A DNA stretch of 64,000 bases from Candidatus Cloacimonadales bacterium (GCA_963662275.1 OY759316.1:448001-512000); one strand, 5' to 3'. Positions 42,159-52,242 are shown, counted from the first letter of the stretch. A program made the numbers and translations. The notes: generated from the letters alone by a model not told the origin.

Positions 42159-43400
42159 ATGAAAAATCATTTACATTTGTTCTGTATTTTACTTGTTTTG
42201 TTTTTTAGTGCGTGTTCATCGATTCGGTCTGATTATTATAGTGCTAAAAAAATCAATTCAATAGAAGGATATAAACGATTTTTAAAAAAACACCATTACT
42301 ATGATATATATGATTACTTAAAGCAAAATGATAAATCCCAGGAATTACTAAATAATGATGAGGTTAAATATTCTGTTGAAGTACGATCGATTTTAGATAG
42401 TCTTGAGTGGATACAGGTTAAGTCAAATTGGGAAAATTCCATTGAAGCTTATAAACAATATATTACGGAACATGAATATTGTAATTTCAAACCAAAAATT
42501 GTAACATTGATAGATAGTCTGGAATGGAATCAGACCAAACAAAGCAATAACCTTACTCAAATCGATAGTTATATTATGAATCATCAAAAATCAGCTTACA
42601 TAAAACAGGCTGAAGAGTTTCGAGAAAAACTTGTTGAAACCACTGCTTGGAATGATTGTTTAAAAATTAAGTCTTTAGAAAGTTTCGGGCAATTTAAAAG
42701 GAATTATCCCAAATCATTTCATATCAAAGAAATAGATCAATATATTGGTTCTATGGAGAATTCTGAATGGGTTAGACTGTCTGTGAAAGGCAATATAAGA
42801 GATTTGTATTATTTCCTTGAGCTTTATCCCAATTCCAATCATATTAATGATATACAAAAAATAATTCAAGCTTTCAAACAAAAAACAAAAGAACAAATAC
42901 CAGATTATATGGATGCATTATCTCAAGCTTTACTGTCATCATTTTTTGCTATTGACATAATAGATCCAAATAATAAATATATTGGAGTAAATCATCCATT
43001 GATTTTAATTTTTAATTCAGTTTCTTTAGATAAACAGGATAATGAAAATGAACTTCCTTCTATTGGAATATTTCGAGATCTAAAAGTATGTGGCAACCCA
43101 TGGAAAGAAGGTATTGCACTGAAAGGAAGTCCCGTTGATTCTATGGGAAACTCTGTGGAAACTAGGGTATCTTTCAACTCTCAAAACGAGTTACAATTTT
43201 CAAAAAGTCTCACAACTATAGATGATCCAGTTAATATCAATAAAGCATATTCAGTGGATGGTAACTACATTCTTTTTTCTACAGGAAGCATAAAGTATTA
43301 TTCTAAGAACGGATTAGGTGATTTCAATATGGGTACAAAATGCCAAATTAACAATTTATCCATAGAAAAAACAGATAAAGGGTGGACAGTTATTGATTGA
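42159..43400 (+). CDS. Lipoprotein with repeated helical W...(S/N)..Y..(F/Y)...YP.S units
   Basis: Lipobox FSAC; about five repeats of roughly 35-40 aa; very AT-rich. Confidence 0.65.
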   Translation: MKNHLHLFCILLVLFFSACSSIRSDYYSAKKINSIEGYKRFLKKHHYYDIYDYLKQNDKSQELLNNDEVKYSVEVRSILDSLEWIQVKSNWENSIEAYKQYITEHEYCNFKPKIVTLIDSLEWNQTKQSNNLTQIDSYIMNHQKSAYIKQAEEFREKLVETTAWNDCLKIKSLESFGQFKRNYPKSFHIKEIDQYIGSMENSEWVRLSVKGNIRDLYYFLELYPNSNHINDIQKIIQAFKQKTKEQIPDYMDALSQALLSSFFAIDIIDPNNKYIGVNHPLILIFNSVSLDKQDNENELPSIGIFRDLKVCGNPWKEGIALKGSPVDSMGNSVETRVSFNSQNELQFSKSLTTIDDPVNINKAYSVDGNYILFSTGSIKYYSKNGLGDFNMGTKCQINNLSIEKTDKGWTVID

Positions 43401-43458
43401 TATCTCATTATTTAACAGAAAGATGAAATTTTCATTCAGCTCGTAAATGGAGGAAAAC

Positions 43459-44268
43459 ATGTTGGTGAACTTTGTTGAAATCAGCAGTATCGACCTTGGA
43501 GATGAGCAGCATTACTGGGGCTTGATAGACGGGGGACAGCTTGTATTCCTGAATAAAGGAAAAGACTTATCCCCGTTAATAAAGAAAGAACCTACCCAGT
43601 GCCAGGAATTCACGATCATGGATGAGACTGTCAAAATATCTAAATGGATGCTGAAAAAGGTCAAAAATATGGCAATTCCCCAGGATAAGCTGTTAGAAAC
43701 GGCAAGACTGCTGATCTGCGACCGTAAGGGACTCTATACGCTGTTTCACCTCATCTATGCCAAACTGGATATGCCTCTCAACAAAGAAGAACTTTTCAAA
43801 CATAACAAAGATGACTGGTATAAATTCCTTTTTCATGAGCTTTATGAAGAATGGAAAGCCTATGATGAAGAAAAGGAACCTGACGAAAAACTGCGGATTT
43901 TGGAACTGGATGAATACTGGCAGCGGACAACCAAACCGGCTCTCTTTCAAAAGTGGATGAAAACAAACCCAGCATTTGTACTGCGTTGTGTGGGAGATAA
44001 ATATCACCTGGAAAAAGACCAGATCAAGCTGTTAACTCCAGGGCAAGCGATTAACCTTCTTTTAGAATCGCATAATGACATGGATAACCGCGCAATCAGC
44101 ATCTATTTACCAGATGGAAAACAACTTGGCTACTTGCGGAAACCTGTGGCACGTAAACTTTATGATCGCTTGAATTATGAAAAATGGACGGCTTCAATAT
44201 CCTGGGTGGATGCTGAACAATACGCAAATTACCGTATCATTGTGGCTTTGGATTTCTGTGTGGAGTAG
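43459..44268 (+). CDS. HIRAN-domain protein
   Basis: C-terminal L..E..N..D..AI.I...G.QLGYL...A motif; GGAGG before the ATG at 43459. Confidence 0.72.
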   Translation: MLVNFVEISSIDLGDEQHYWGLIDGGQLVFLNKGKDLSPLIKKEPTQCQEFTIMDETVKISKWMLKKVKNMAIPQDKLLETARLLICDRKGLYTLFHLIYAKLDMPLNKEELFKHNKDDWYKFLFHELYEEWKAYDEEKEPDEKLRILELDEYWQRTTKPALFQKWMKTNPAFVLRCVGDKYHLEKDQIKLLTPGQAINLLLESHNDMDNRAISIYLPDGKQLGYLRKPVARKLYDRLNYEKWTASISWVDAEQYANYRIIVALDFCVE

Positions 44269-44388
44269 GATTCTGATCCTACTAAACCTATCGTTCCTGT
44301 TAAAATGATCGTGAATGATGATTCATAATCATTATGCTGATTTGAAAAAAAGTAGTAAATAACAATCCACTATCATTCCACATGAATT

Positions 44389-44499
44389 ATACCAAGTTAA
44401 ATCCAAGTTCATACCAATCCCATACCAATCACATTCCTGTTTAACGAAACAGGAATGAAACTGGTATCAAACAGGATTGAAACAGGATTGAACAGGAAT
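44389..44499. repeat. Palindromic array of ~11-bp units (5 forward, 5 inverted)
   Basis: ataccaagtta aatccaagttc ataccaatccc ataccaatcac attcctgttt-aacg-aaacaggaat gaaactggtat caaacaggatt gaaacaggatt gaacaggaat. Confidence 0.8.
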
Positions 44500-44874
44500 A
44501 AATTAAGTGGTTCATAAGAGTCGCTTGTTTATAATCGATTAATTATAGGCGATACGTACTTTACATGAAAGCTGAGGATTTGGAGTTCAAATGCCCTAAA
44601 CAAATTATCATTGAATACTTGATTAAAAGGGCATTCGGACTTCAAACCCGACCTTTCATCATCGGTAGCGAAAACCAGTTTTCAGGGAAGTTCAATATTA
44701 CATTTAACTAAACAATAGATTATTATCATTTTAAATCGTTAATTTTCGCTAATGCCGAAGTCCGCAATTCCTATAAATTGGTAGTAGTATGGTTGTTTTC
44801 GTAGGAATTTTGAACTCCGGCATGCTTGTCTGGACTTTTTTCCACAGAGTCGAATTTCATAATTTGTAATTATG

Positions 44875-44907
44875 AAAAAAGAGCAGACTTTTCAGTCTGC
44901 TCTTTTT
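44875..44907 (-). terminator. Bidirectional-type intrinsic terminator after rubredoxin
   Basis: AAAAAAGAGCAGACT-TTTC-AGTCTGCTCTTTTT. Confidence 0.88.
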
Positions 44908-44917
44908 ACATAATGAG

Positions 44918-45058
44918 TTAGTCTATCGGTACAAACATATCTTTTCCAACTCCACATTCCGGGCAAACCCAGTCTTCGGGAAGGCTATCAAAAGATACAT
45001 TAGCATGTTCTGCGGGATCGTAGATATAACCGCAAGCTTCGCATTGATATTTTTGCAT
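44918..45058 (-). CDS. rub: Rubredoxin (46 aa, absent from the ORF track)
   Basis: [55 protein letters not shown]. Confidence 0.95.
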   Translation of the reverse strand: MQKYQCEACGYIYDPAEHANVSFDSLPEDWVCPECGVGKDMFVPID

Positions 45059-45073
45059 AATATTCTCCTTGTG

Positions 45074-45667
45074 TTAATAATTTTCAATGAACATTTCAAA
45101 AAATGCTTGTGGATGTGCACATACAGGACAAGTGATTGGTGGTTCAGCACTTTCAAAGATATAACCGCATTCACGGCATCTCCAGAATACTTTCCCATCT
45201 TTCTTAAAGACTTCATGATTCATGACATTGTGCAAGAGTTTCTTATATCTGTTTTCGTGTTGCACTTCCACTTTCGCAACCATACGGAAAAGTACCGCAA
45301 CATCACGAAATCCTTCATCTTCTGCGATATCAGCAAACAGAGGATACAGATAAGACCATTCCTCATTCTCGCCTTTAACTGCAAATTCAAGATTTTTCTG
45401 TGTGCTATCAGGTGCCCAGAAAACGGGATAAGCTGCTGTGATTTCAATCCCTTCTCCGGTCATTCCGTATTCAACTAATTTGGAAAGAAAGAGTTTTGCA
45501 TGTACTCTTTCGTTATCAGCGGTTTCAAGAAAGATACCGGCGATGTGTTCAAAACCTTCTTTTTGGGCTGTTCTTGCTGCATAAGTGTAACGATTTCGAG
45601 CTTGAGATTCTCCGGCAAACGCTTTTAATAAGTTTTCCGCAGTTCTTGTTCCTTTCAGATCTGACAT
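45074..45667 (-). CDS. rbr: Rubrerythrin
   Basis: NLLKAFAGESQARNRY, NERVHA, WRCRECGY...CPVCAHP. Confidence 0.95.
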   Translation of the reverse strand: MSDLKGTRTAENLLKAFAGESQARNRYTYAARTAQKEGFEHIAGIFLETADNERVHAKLFLSKLVEYGMTGEGIEITAAYPVFWAPDSTQKNLEFAVKGENEEWSYLYPLFADIAEDEGFRDVAVLFRMVAKVEVQHENRYKKLLHNVMNHEVFKKDGKVFWRCRECGYIFESAEPPITCPVCAHPQAFFEMFIENY

Positions 45668-45680
45668 ATATGATTACCTC

Positions 45681-46061
45681 CTATGAGTTGATCCATAATC
45701 CGTGTACGGTACAGTATTCACGTGCATTTTTTACATCTTTCATTTCGATAGGGAAAAAAGCTTCAGGTTTCATTCCGGGTTTCAAATCTTCACGTAGCGT
45801 CAGTAGTTCTGTTGTAACTTCGATCCAGGCAATATAATGTTCAGCCAGCATCGGGTGTTCTTGGGAGCCAACCTTAACCAAGATTCCACCTGGGGCAATT
45901 TCGATGACGGGAATGTGTTTTTCTTTAGAAGCTTCAACAGTATTTTCCACTAAAAGATGCATTTCTTCACCGCAGCAAACCGGTATAGGTCCTCCGGCGA
46001 CAAGTATTTCTATTACATTCCCACAGTGTTTACATTGATAGACTTGTTTGATTGCGTTCAT
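45681..46061 (-). CDS. dfx: Desulfoferrodoxin (2Fe superoxide reductase)
   Basis: YQCKHCGN...CCGEEM, EKHIP, HPM..EHYI, YCTVHGLW. Confidence 0.95.
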   Translation of the reverse strand: MNAIKQVYQCKHCGNVIEILVAGGPIPVCCGEEMHLLVENTVEASKEKHIPVIEIAPGGILVKVGSQEHPMLAEHYIAWIEVTTELLTLREDLKPGMKPEAFFPIEMKDVKNAREYCTVHGLWINS

Positions 46062-46387
46062 TGTTCCTCCATTTTTTAGTCTTTTTAATAAAATATGCTA
46101 TTCTTGAGGAATATGCCAACCTAATTTTGAATTTAAAAATCTTATTTTATTCTTTCATTGTCAATGAGAATTATTCATGATTCTTCGAAATCCATGTGTA
46201 TGAATCTGTATAGTCTTCGAGAAAAAGAGGAAATATAGAAAGAATGAACAACAAACCAATAGAGTTCGTATATATTTTTTCATGTAATAAAACCATAAAA
46301 ATACTTGACTAATTTAATGCAATTACTAAAAATAAATTTGTTTCTATGTAGGGATAATATAACAGAATATACTAGGAGGGAGTTAAA

Positions 46388-47746
46388 ATGGATAGTCTTA
46401 TCAATCTTACCGCGTTTCTTTTAATTCTAAGCTTAATCACAGAAAAGATTTCTGATTTCATCAAACTTCATTTTAAAGACTTGGCAATGGAAAAGACAGA
46501 CCCCGTAGCGGAAAACGAACGTCAAAGAACAATCCAGAGAGTCACCATCCTCATAGGAATAGGTGTCTCTTTGACTGCAAACGCAAATTTCTTTTCCTTT
46601 TTCAAGGAGATCATCAGTCTTTCCTGGTATCAGTTTGCACCTGTTAATCACATATTGAATGTCATTGCTTCTCTAATAGGTTGCATCCTGACTGGGTTTT
46701 TTCTAAGTACAGGATCCGTATTCTTTCATGACTTGTTGAGTATGTTGTTTGAGGTGAAGAATTTGAAGAAAAAACTCAATACTCAAGCAGCAGAAGAATT
46801 CAAGAATATTAAGGAGGTCGACCAATTTATTCAAAGAGATGAATTCGAATTTCTCCAAAAAGTTACTGAAGATTTTCAGAAAAAACTAATGAAAATCGAA
46901 AATGTCGGAAGTGTGACTTTACCTTATTGTGAAGATAAACCATCTATCAACGTCTATGTAAACAGCCAGTTCAATACAGACACTCTGATACCTAAGAAAT
47001 TCCCTTATGCTGATTTGAATGGAAAACTCAAACAAATTGATGTCGTCATTATCAAAGACTTTGAACCTGTTTTACATGCAACTATTTTAAACCCGGGTGA
47101 TCGTATTATGAATCAGGTTCCCTATCCCAAGAATGCCGGTTCGCTGGGAGGGAGAGTTTTTCATAACGCAACAAATGATGCCTTATTTTTGACTTGTTAC
47201 CATGTCGTAAAATCTCCAAATCAATTATGGAATAATTTTAATCCAAAATGCGCCCCCAATGTTGTAGATAATAATGTGAATATAGCTTCCTGTGGGCGCA
47301 TTGTATTTGCTTTACGAGATATGTATCTGGATGTTGCTGTTGTTCAACCTGCACCAGATGTTGTGATTTCTGATTTGGTAAATGGAATTGGTATTCCAAT
47401 TCATACCCGCCAACTCAATGGTAATGATAGGTTCTATCACACAAGAGTCAAAATGTTTGGAATGATGTCAGGATTGAAAGAAGGGATTATCTATGACTTT
47501 GGTAAATCAGTTGAATTACCCTATCAGGCAGATCCTGTCACACCCAGTCATAAACATACTTTATACAACGTCATTGTTATCCAGGGGAAAAATGGTCAGT
47601 TTTTCTCTCAAGGTGGTGATTCAGGTTCGTTTATTATCGATGATCATAATTATCTAATTGGAATTTTGGTCGGAGGCTATGGTAATTTAAGTTTCGCAAT
47701 GCCAATAGAAACTATATTGACTGAGACTAATACGAAAATCATTTAG
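46388..47746 (+). CDS. Membrane-anchored trypsin-like serine protease
   Basis: Three N-terminal hydrophobic helices; AGSLGG, LTCYHV (His), LDVAVV (Asp), GGDSGS (Ser). Confidence 0.75.
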   Translation: MDSLINLTAFLLILSLITEKISDFIKLHFKDLAMEKTDPVAENERQRTIQRVTILIGIGVSLTANANFFSFFKEIISLSWYQFAPVNHILNVIASLIGCILTGFFLSTGSVFFHDLLSMLFEVKNLKKKLNTQAAEEFKNIKEVDQFIQRDEFEFLQKVTEDFQKKLMKIENVGSVTLPYCEDKPSINVYVNSQFNTDTLIPKKFPYADLNGKLKQIDVVIIKDFEPVLHATILNPGDRIMNQVPYPKNAGSLGGRVFHNATNDALFLTCYHVVKSPNQLWNNFNPKCAPNVVDNNVNIASCGRIVFALRDMYLDVAVVQPAPDVVISDLVNGIGIPIHTRQLNGNDRFYHTRVKMFGMMSGLKEGIIYDFGKSVELPYQADPVTPSHKHTLYNVIVIQGKNGQFFSQGGDSGSFIIDDHNYLIGILVGGYGNLSFAMPIETILTETNTKII

Positions 47747-47754
47747 GAGGATCT

Positions 47755-49074
47755 ATGAAACACTATCTCTCTTTTATCCTTTTATTTAGTTTATGTTCTT
47801 TTTGCTTTGCTGTTTCGAATATGTTTGAAGTACAAATTGTGAAAAAAGGAACTCCACAAGAATTCAGCCTATTAGGTAATCCATATTGGTACGCTGATTT
47901 TGGGTCAAATATCACCGTGAAGAATGTTGGTGATATCAAAGCAGAATTCACAGTAAAGAGTGAAAACATCACTAACGTACAATTTAATCAAAAAGATAAC
48001 AGTGTTACCTTTAAAGTGAAGGATGATATTAAGGATCCAATTGAAGTAACATTAGAAGCAAATGGTGTAAAAACATATCAAAACAAGATAACAAATACGA
48101 ACGTTGACAAGCCTGATCCTGATAAACCACCTGTGACAGAAAATCAGCTATATATTGATGACACTGTCATCAATAGCTTTGGATTATCTTGGAGCAATTA
48201 CCAAATAGAAAATAACAGAGCTACCTATCTTTTTGATATGAATGGTCAATTATGGGGTAGAGCTCCTGTAAATGTCGATGCGGATGATAGTATTGATGTG
48301 TATTTGATAGTTCCCGATACAACATATGCGATCAAGATAAATGGTGAATATTGTGCAACTCCAATATCCATTCAGCCACATGCTGCTTATAATGCCAATC
48401 TTGAGGGTACCGGTGATGAGCCTATTGTTGTAAATGGGTTCAAATGCTTACATCACACATACGGTCCATATACATCAGACCAGATTGACATAATTTTGAT
48501 TCATAATAAGAAGCAGTTTTTACAATTTCCAGTAAAAATCAACAAATTGTACAATGTGGCTATGGGAGTTTCATTTGTTTCATCGAATCTACACAGACCT
48601 AAGTTTGTCATTGAATCTCTGACAACTACTTCAAACACTATCAACAAAATAGATGCCAGCAGCAGATCATTAACGATTTTGAACATTATATTCTACTGGA
48701 AACCAACATATGATTGTGTTCATGATTGGTTTAGCCATAATCGTCGAGATAGAAGTATCACTAGAGGCAGAGATGTTTTGAAGGAACCTCGCTTCATGGA
48801 AAGAATAAACCCCACATTTGGAGTACCCATAAGCAAGGAATGGAAAAATGGATTATTTACTGGTTTTACATTGGAATTTGCACGCGGAGGTTCATTCATT
48901 GCAGGTGGACATTATGGTGAGATTGAACAACTAGCTAATCAGGATTTTAAACTCGGAGAGGATGAATTCATAGGAACAAAAGATGATATTCAACTCACTC
49001 ATGTATATAAATGGAGTGGTTTTATTGGCATTTCTCTCGATACAAGTGTGTTGAAATTACTTTTCGAAAAATAA
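47755..49074 (+). CDS. Exported hypothetical protein with probable C-terminal beta-barrel
   Basis: Signal peptide; beta-rich N-terminus; amphipathic strands NPTFGV, LFTGFTLEF, SFIAGGHYG, GFIGISLD. Confidence 0.6.
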   Translation: MKHYLSFILLFSLCSFCFAVSNMFEVQIVKKGTPQEFSLLGNPYWYADFGSNITVKNVGDIKAEFTVKSENITNVQFNQKDNSVTFKVKDDIKDPIEVTLEANGVKTYQNKITNTNVDKPDPDKPPVTENQLYIDDTVINSFGLSWSNYQIENNRATYLFDMNGQLWGRAPVNVDADDSIDVYLIVPDTTYAIKINGEYCATPISIQPHAAYNANLEGTGDEPIVVNGFKCLHHTYGPYTSDQIDIILIHNKKQFLQFPVKINKLYNVAMGVSFVSSNLHRPKFVIESLTTTSNTINKIDASSRSLTILNIIFYWKPTYDCVHDWFSHNRRDRSITRGRDVLKEPRFMERINPTFGVPISKEWKNGLFTGFTLEFARGGSFIAGGHYGEIEQLANQDFKLGEDEFIGTKDDIQLTHVYKWSGFIGISLDTSVLKLLFEK

Positions 49075-49345
49075 GCAATTCTGAAATCAACATAATATAG
49101 CAGCGTGTAATAAGGTGAGTCGGAGGGCAATTTAATGTAAATATTCTCATCTTTTACATGTGCAATTCCTGTGTATTCAGAAGTTCTTTTCAGTATATTC
49201 TAGATTAAGATAATTTTTCTTTACAAAAGTGTGAAATTCATTATTATTCATTTCGTATTAACTTATTATGTTTTAAGTAAGTAGTATTTATGATACTCAC
49301 AGGAGTGAATAAAAGATTCTTTTAAACAAGAAGAATGGAGGTCAC

Positions 49346-52231
49346 ATGTTACAAAAGAGTATATTGATTACGGATATTGGTAGTACGACAACAAAAACAC
49401 TTCTTTTTGAGAAAGAAAAAAACGATTATGTTCTTCGGGGATTAGCGAATTCTCCGACTACTGTGGAAAAACCTGACGAGGATGTTAAAATTGGGATATA
49501 CCAATCGATTCGGCAACTGGAGAAATCCACAGGTTCAGAACTGTTAAGTTCGGATTCCAATCCACAACAAATGAAAATATCAAAGGAAGTAACTTTCCTT
49601 GCTACCAGCAGCGCCGGGGGTGGATTGCAGATATTGGTGATCGGTCTGACTCTTTTCGAATCCGGAGGAAGTGCAGAACGAGCAGCATTCGGCGCCGGAG
49701 GCGTTCTCCTGGATACAATTGCAATCGATGATAAGCGTTCTGCCTTGGAACAGATGCAACTGATGGAATTCCTGCATCCGGATATCATTCTGTTTTCCGG
49801 GGGAATAGACGGTGGAGCACTTGCAGGTGTGATTCGTTTGGCAGAGATTCTCTCCATTGCTGATCCAAAACCCAAATATAGCATTAAAAACCAAATTCCC
49901 CTGATATTTGCAGGAAATAAGGATGCTCATGAATTCATTGAATCTGTTCTCGCGGGTAAGTTTGACGTGCAGTTGCTACCCAATGTAAGACCCACGATGG
50001 AAGTTGAGAACCTTGAACCTGTCACAGACAAGATTCATGAGATATTCCTGGAAAATGTGATGGAACAGGCTCCCGGCTATGCAGCCGTGAAACAACTGAC
50101 ATCGGCTCCAATCATTCCAACACCCTCAGGAGTACTGAATGATATGCGTTTACTTCAACGCTTTGAAGGAGAAAACATATTGACGGTCGATATTGGTGGT
50201 GCGACAACAGATGTGTTCTCTACCATACTGGGAACATGCTATCGAACTGTTAGTGCTAATTATGGACTCAGTTACAGCATTGCCAATGTTTTAAAAAACT
50301 GTGGAATTGAGAAAATATCACGGTGGCTTCCTGCCGATTTATCCCCAGTGATTATTCGTAATTATATCTACAATAAAATGCTGTTTCCCACTCACATCCC
50401 AACCGATGACCTGGAACTTGCCATTGAACAGGCAACTGCCATTGAAGCGATCAGGATGTCCGTTGAACAGCATCTGACAATGCATTTCAATATCCAGAAT
50501 TTGGGTTTCTTGGATAAACTGAAAAATAGGGATGTCGATCCGTTCGTAGAGCAGATGTACGTTGAGAAATCCTTGGAACACCGTTCTTTCCATTTAAGAG
50601 AAATACATAAACTTATTGGGTCGGGAGGAATCATTTCCCATGCTCCTGTTAAAGAACAGGCAATGGCAATGCTGATCTGTGGTTTCCAACCGGGCGGGAT
50701 CACTGAATTATGGAGAGATAAGGATTTCATCTCTCCACACTTGGGAATCCTAAGCAATCTTGATCCCGAATTAGCGTATCAGCTATTAAAGAAAGACTGT
50801 TATGAAAAGCTTGCGATTCATGTAAAACCATATATGAAACAAGGTCACTCAAATAAAACTATTCTTACACTTGAAAGCAAGAGCAATGGCAAATCATTGA
50901 AAAGAGATTTCGGTGTTGGGTGTTTTGAGATCATCTATACTGAAAACGAAACTATATATGCAATTCATACACATGAAGGTAACTATCTGGATGAAAAGAA
51001 GCATGATTCAGAAATTAAAACTACGTTACCACTGATCATCGATACCAGGCTGGAAAAAGACCAGGATTCCTGGAATTATCTGAAACTTCTTGGTAAATAC
51101 AATATTGCTGATTCGAAATCAATAAATGTCGGATTCCATGAAGTAAAGAATGATCAAATCAAAATTACAACAGGTATTCAAAGTTTGGAATCTTCTTTAC
51201 CCTATCCTGGTGATATCATGGTTAATTCTGGAGTGAAAGTGAAACCAGACACTGTGTTGGGACAGAATTCCTATGGACCACCCCGGTTATTTGTTGTTCA
51301 AATCATGTCACTCCTTGGACCTGTCTTCACTCCTGAAATGATGGAATCGGGTTTAAAAGTCCAAAGAAATGACAAGGTGGAAGTCGGACAGGTGATTTAT
51401 AAACTCACGGTCGATGGATTTATCACTGGACATACGTATGTATATGATTCAAATGTGAGAGGAACCATTGTTAATATCGATACTAGTACAGGAACAATCA
51501 TCATACGTGAAATTCAAGATTATTCTACCAAGCCATACACGATCAATATCGCAGAGCATCTTTGCATGATGCCGAAATATGTAAAACCATATCTGAAAAA
51601 ACACCTGGGTGATTTTGTAAATGCCGGAGAAAAGCTGGCTGTTGATATAAAACGTGGTGTTTGGGTAGAGTCCACTCATACAGGAACAATAACGAATATT
51701 GACTGGAAGAAAGGGACGATGACAATTCAATACCTCCATGATCCGCATGTCTTGATGGCGAATATTCATGGTGTTGTGAAGAATATCGAAAATGAACGTC
51801 ACTTCCTGTTGGAATATGAAGGAACGAGTATCACAGGAATTATTGGATTCGGTCAGGATGCCGGTGGTCCTATTTTCTATACAGAGACACCTACAATCAC
51901 AGAATATTGTGAGGATGGCATTCTTGTCTATACAGGAAAGCCAACTCATGCTGATATTGATGAGTTTGCCCGGAAAGGAATCAACGGACTTATCATACCA
52001 GCAATTGATGGGGATGTTCTCTCCAAATACATTGATGGAGAGATTGGCGTTGCTTTGACAGGGAATGAAAAAATACCATTCCCGATCATTGTCATGGATG
52101 GCTTCGGTGATATGAAGTTTGCAGAAGATGTACAAGGGATGCTGATGAAAAATCAGGGCAAACATGCTTATATGAGACCAAAAACTCAAATACGGGCTGG
52201 AGTGATAAGACCTCAAATAATTATCACATAA
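49346..52231 (+). CDS. GlmL/MutL (glutamate-mutase reactivase-like ASKHA ATPase) fused to an uncharacterised C-terminal module
   Basis: TDIGSTTTK, TSSAGGGL, SGGIDGG, DIGGATTDVFS, RTVSANYG; extra ~350 aa ending TQIRAGVIRP. Confidence 0.8.
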   Translation: MLQKSILITDIGSTTTKTLLFEKEKNDYVLRGLANSPTTVEKPDEDVKIGIYQSIRQLEKSTGSELLSSDSNPQQMKISKEVTFLATSSAGGGLQILVIGLTLFESGGSAERAAFGAGGVLLDTIAIDDKRSALEQMQLMEFLHPDIILFSGGIDGGALAGVIRLAEILSIADPKPKYSIKNQIPLIFAGNKDAHEFIESVLAGKFDVQLLPNVRPTMEVENLEPVTDKIHEIFLENVMEQAPGYAAVKQLTSAPIIPTPSGVLNDMRLLQRFEGENILTVDIGGATTDVFSTILGTCYRTVSANYGLSYSIANVLKNCGIEKISRWLPADLSPVIIRNYIYNKMLFPTHIPTDDLELAIEQATAIEAIRMSVEQHLTMHFNIQNLGFLDKLKNRDVDPFVEQMYVEKSLEHRSFHLREIHKLIGSGGIISHAPVKEQAMAMLICGFQPGGITELWRDKDFISPHLGILSNLDPELAYQLLKKDCYEKLAIHVKPYMKQGHSNKTILTLESKSNGKSLKRDFGVGCFEIIYTENETIYAIHTHEGNYLDEKKHDSEIKTTLPLIIDTRLEKDQDSWNYLKLLGKYNIADSKSINVGFHEVKNDQIKITTGIQSLESSLPYPGDIMVNSGVKVKPDTVLGQNSYGPPRLFVVQIMSLLGPVFTPEMMESGLKVQRNDKVEVGQVIYKLTVDGFITGHTYVYDSNVRGTIVNIDTSTGTIIIREIQDYSTKPYTINIAEHLCMMPKYVKPYLKKHLGDFVNAGEKLAVDIKRGVWVESTHTGTITNIDWKKGTMTIQYLHDPHVLMANIHGVVKNIENERHFLLEYEGTSITGIIGFGQDAGGPIFYTETPTITEYCEDGILVYTGKPTHADIDEFARKGINGLIIPAIDGDVLSKYIDGEIGVALTGNEKIPFPIIVMDGFGDMKFAEDVQGMLMKNQGKHAYMRPKTQIRAGVIRPQIIIT

Positions 52232-52242
52232 CTTGTTCCCCA

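Noticed and set aside
44635..44651. tRNA-Sec-like anticodon arm (TCGGA-CTTCAAA-CCCGA)
   Set aside because: Stem has a mismatch and there are no D, T or acceptor arms; it is part of a larger hairpin
46163..46178. Fur/PerR-like box upstream of dfx (AATGAGAATTATTCAT)
   Set aside because: Imperfect palindrome in very AT-rich DNA; not distinguishable from background by eye
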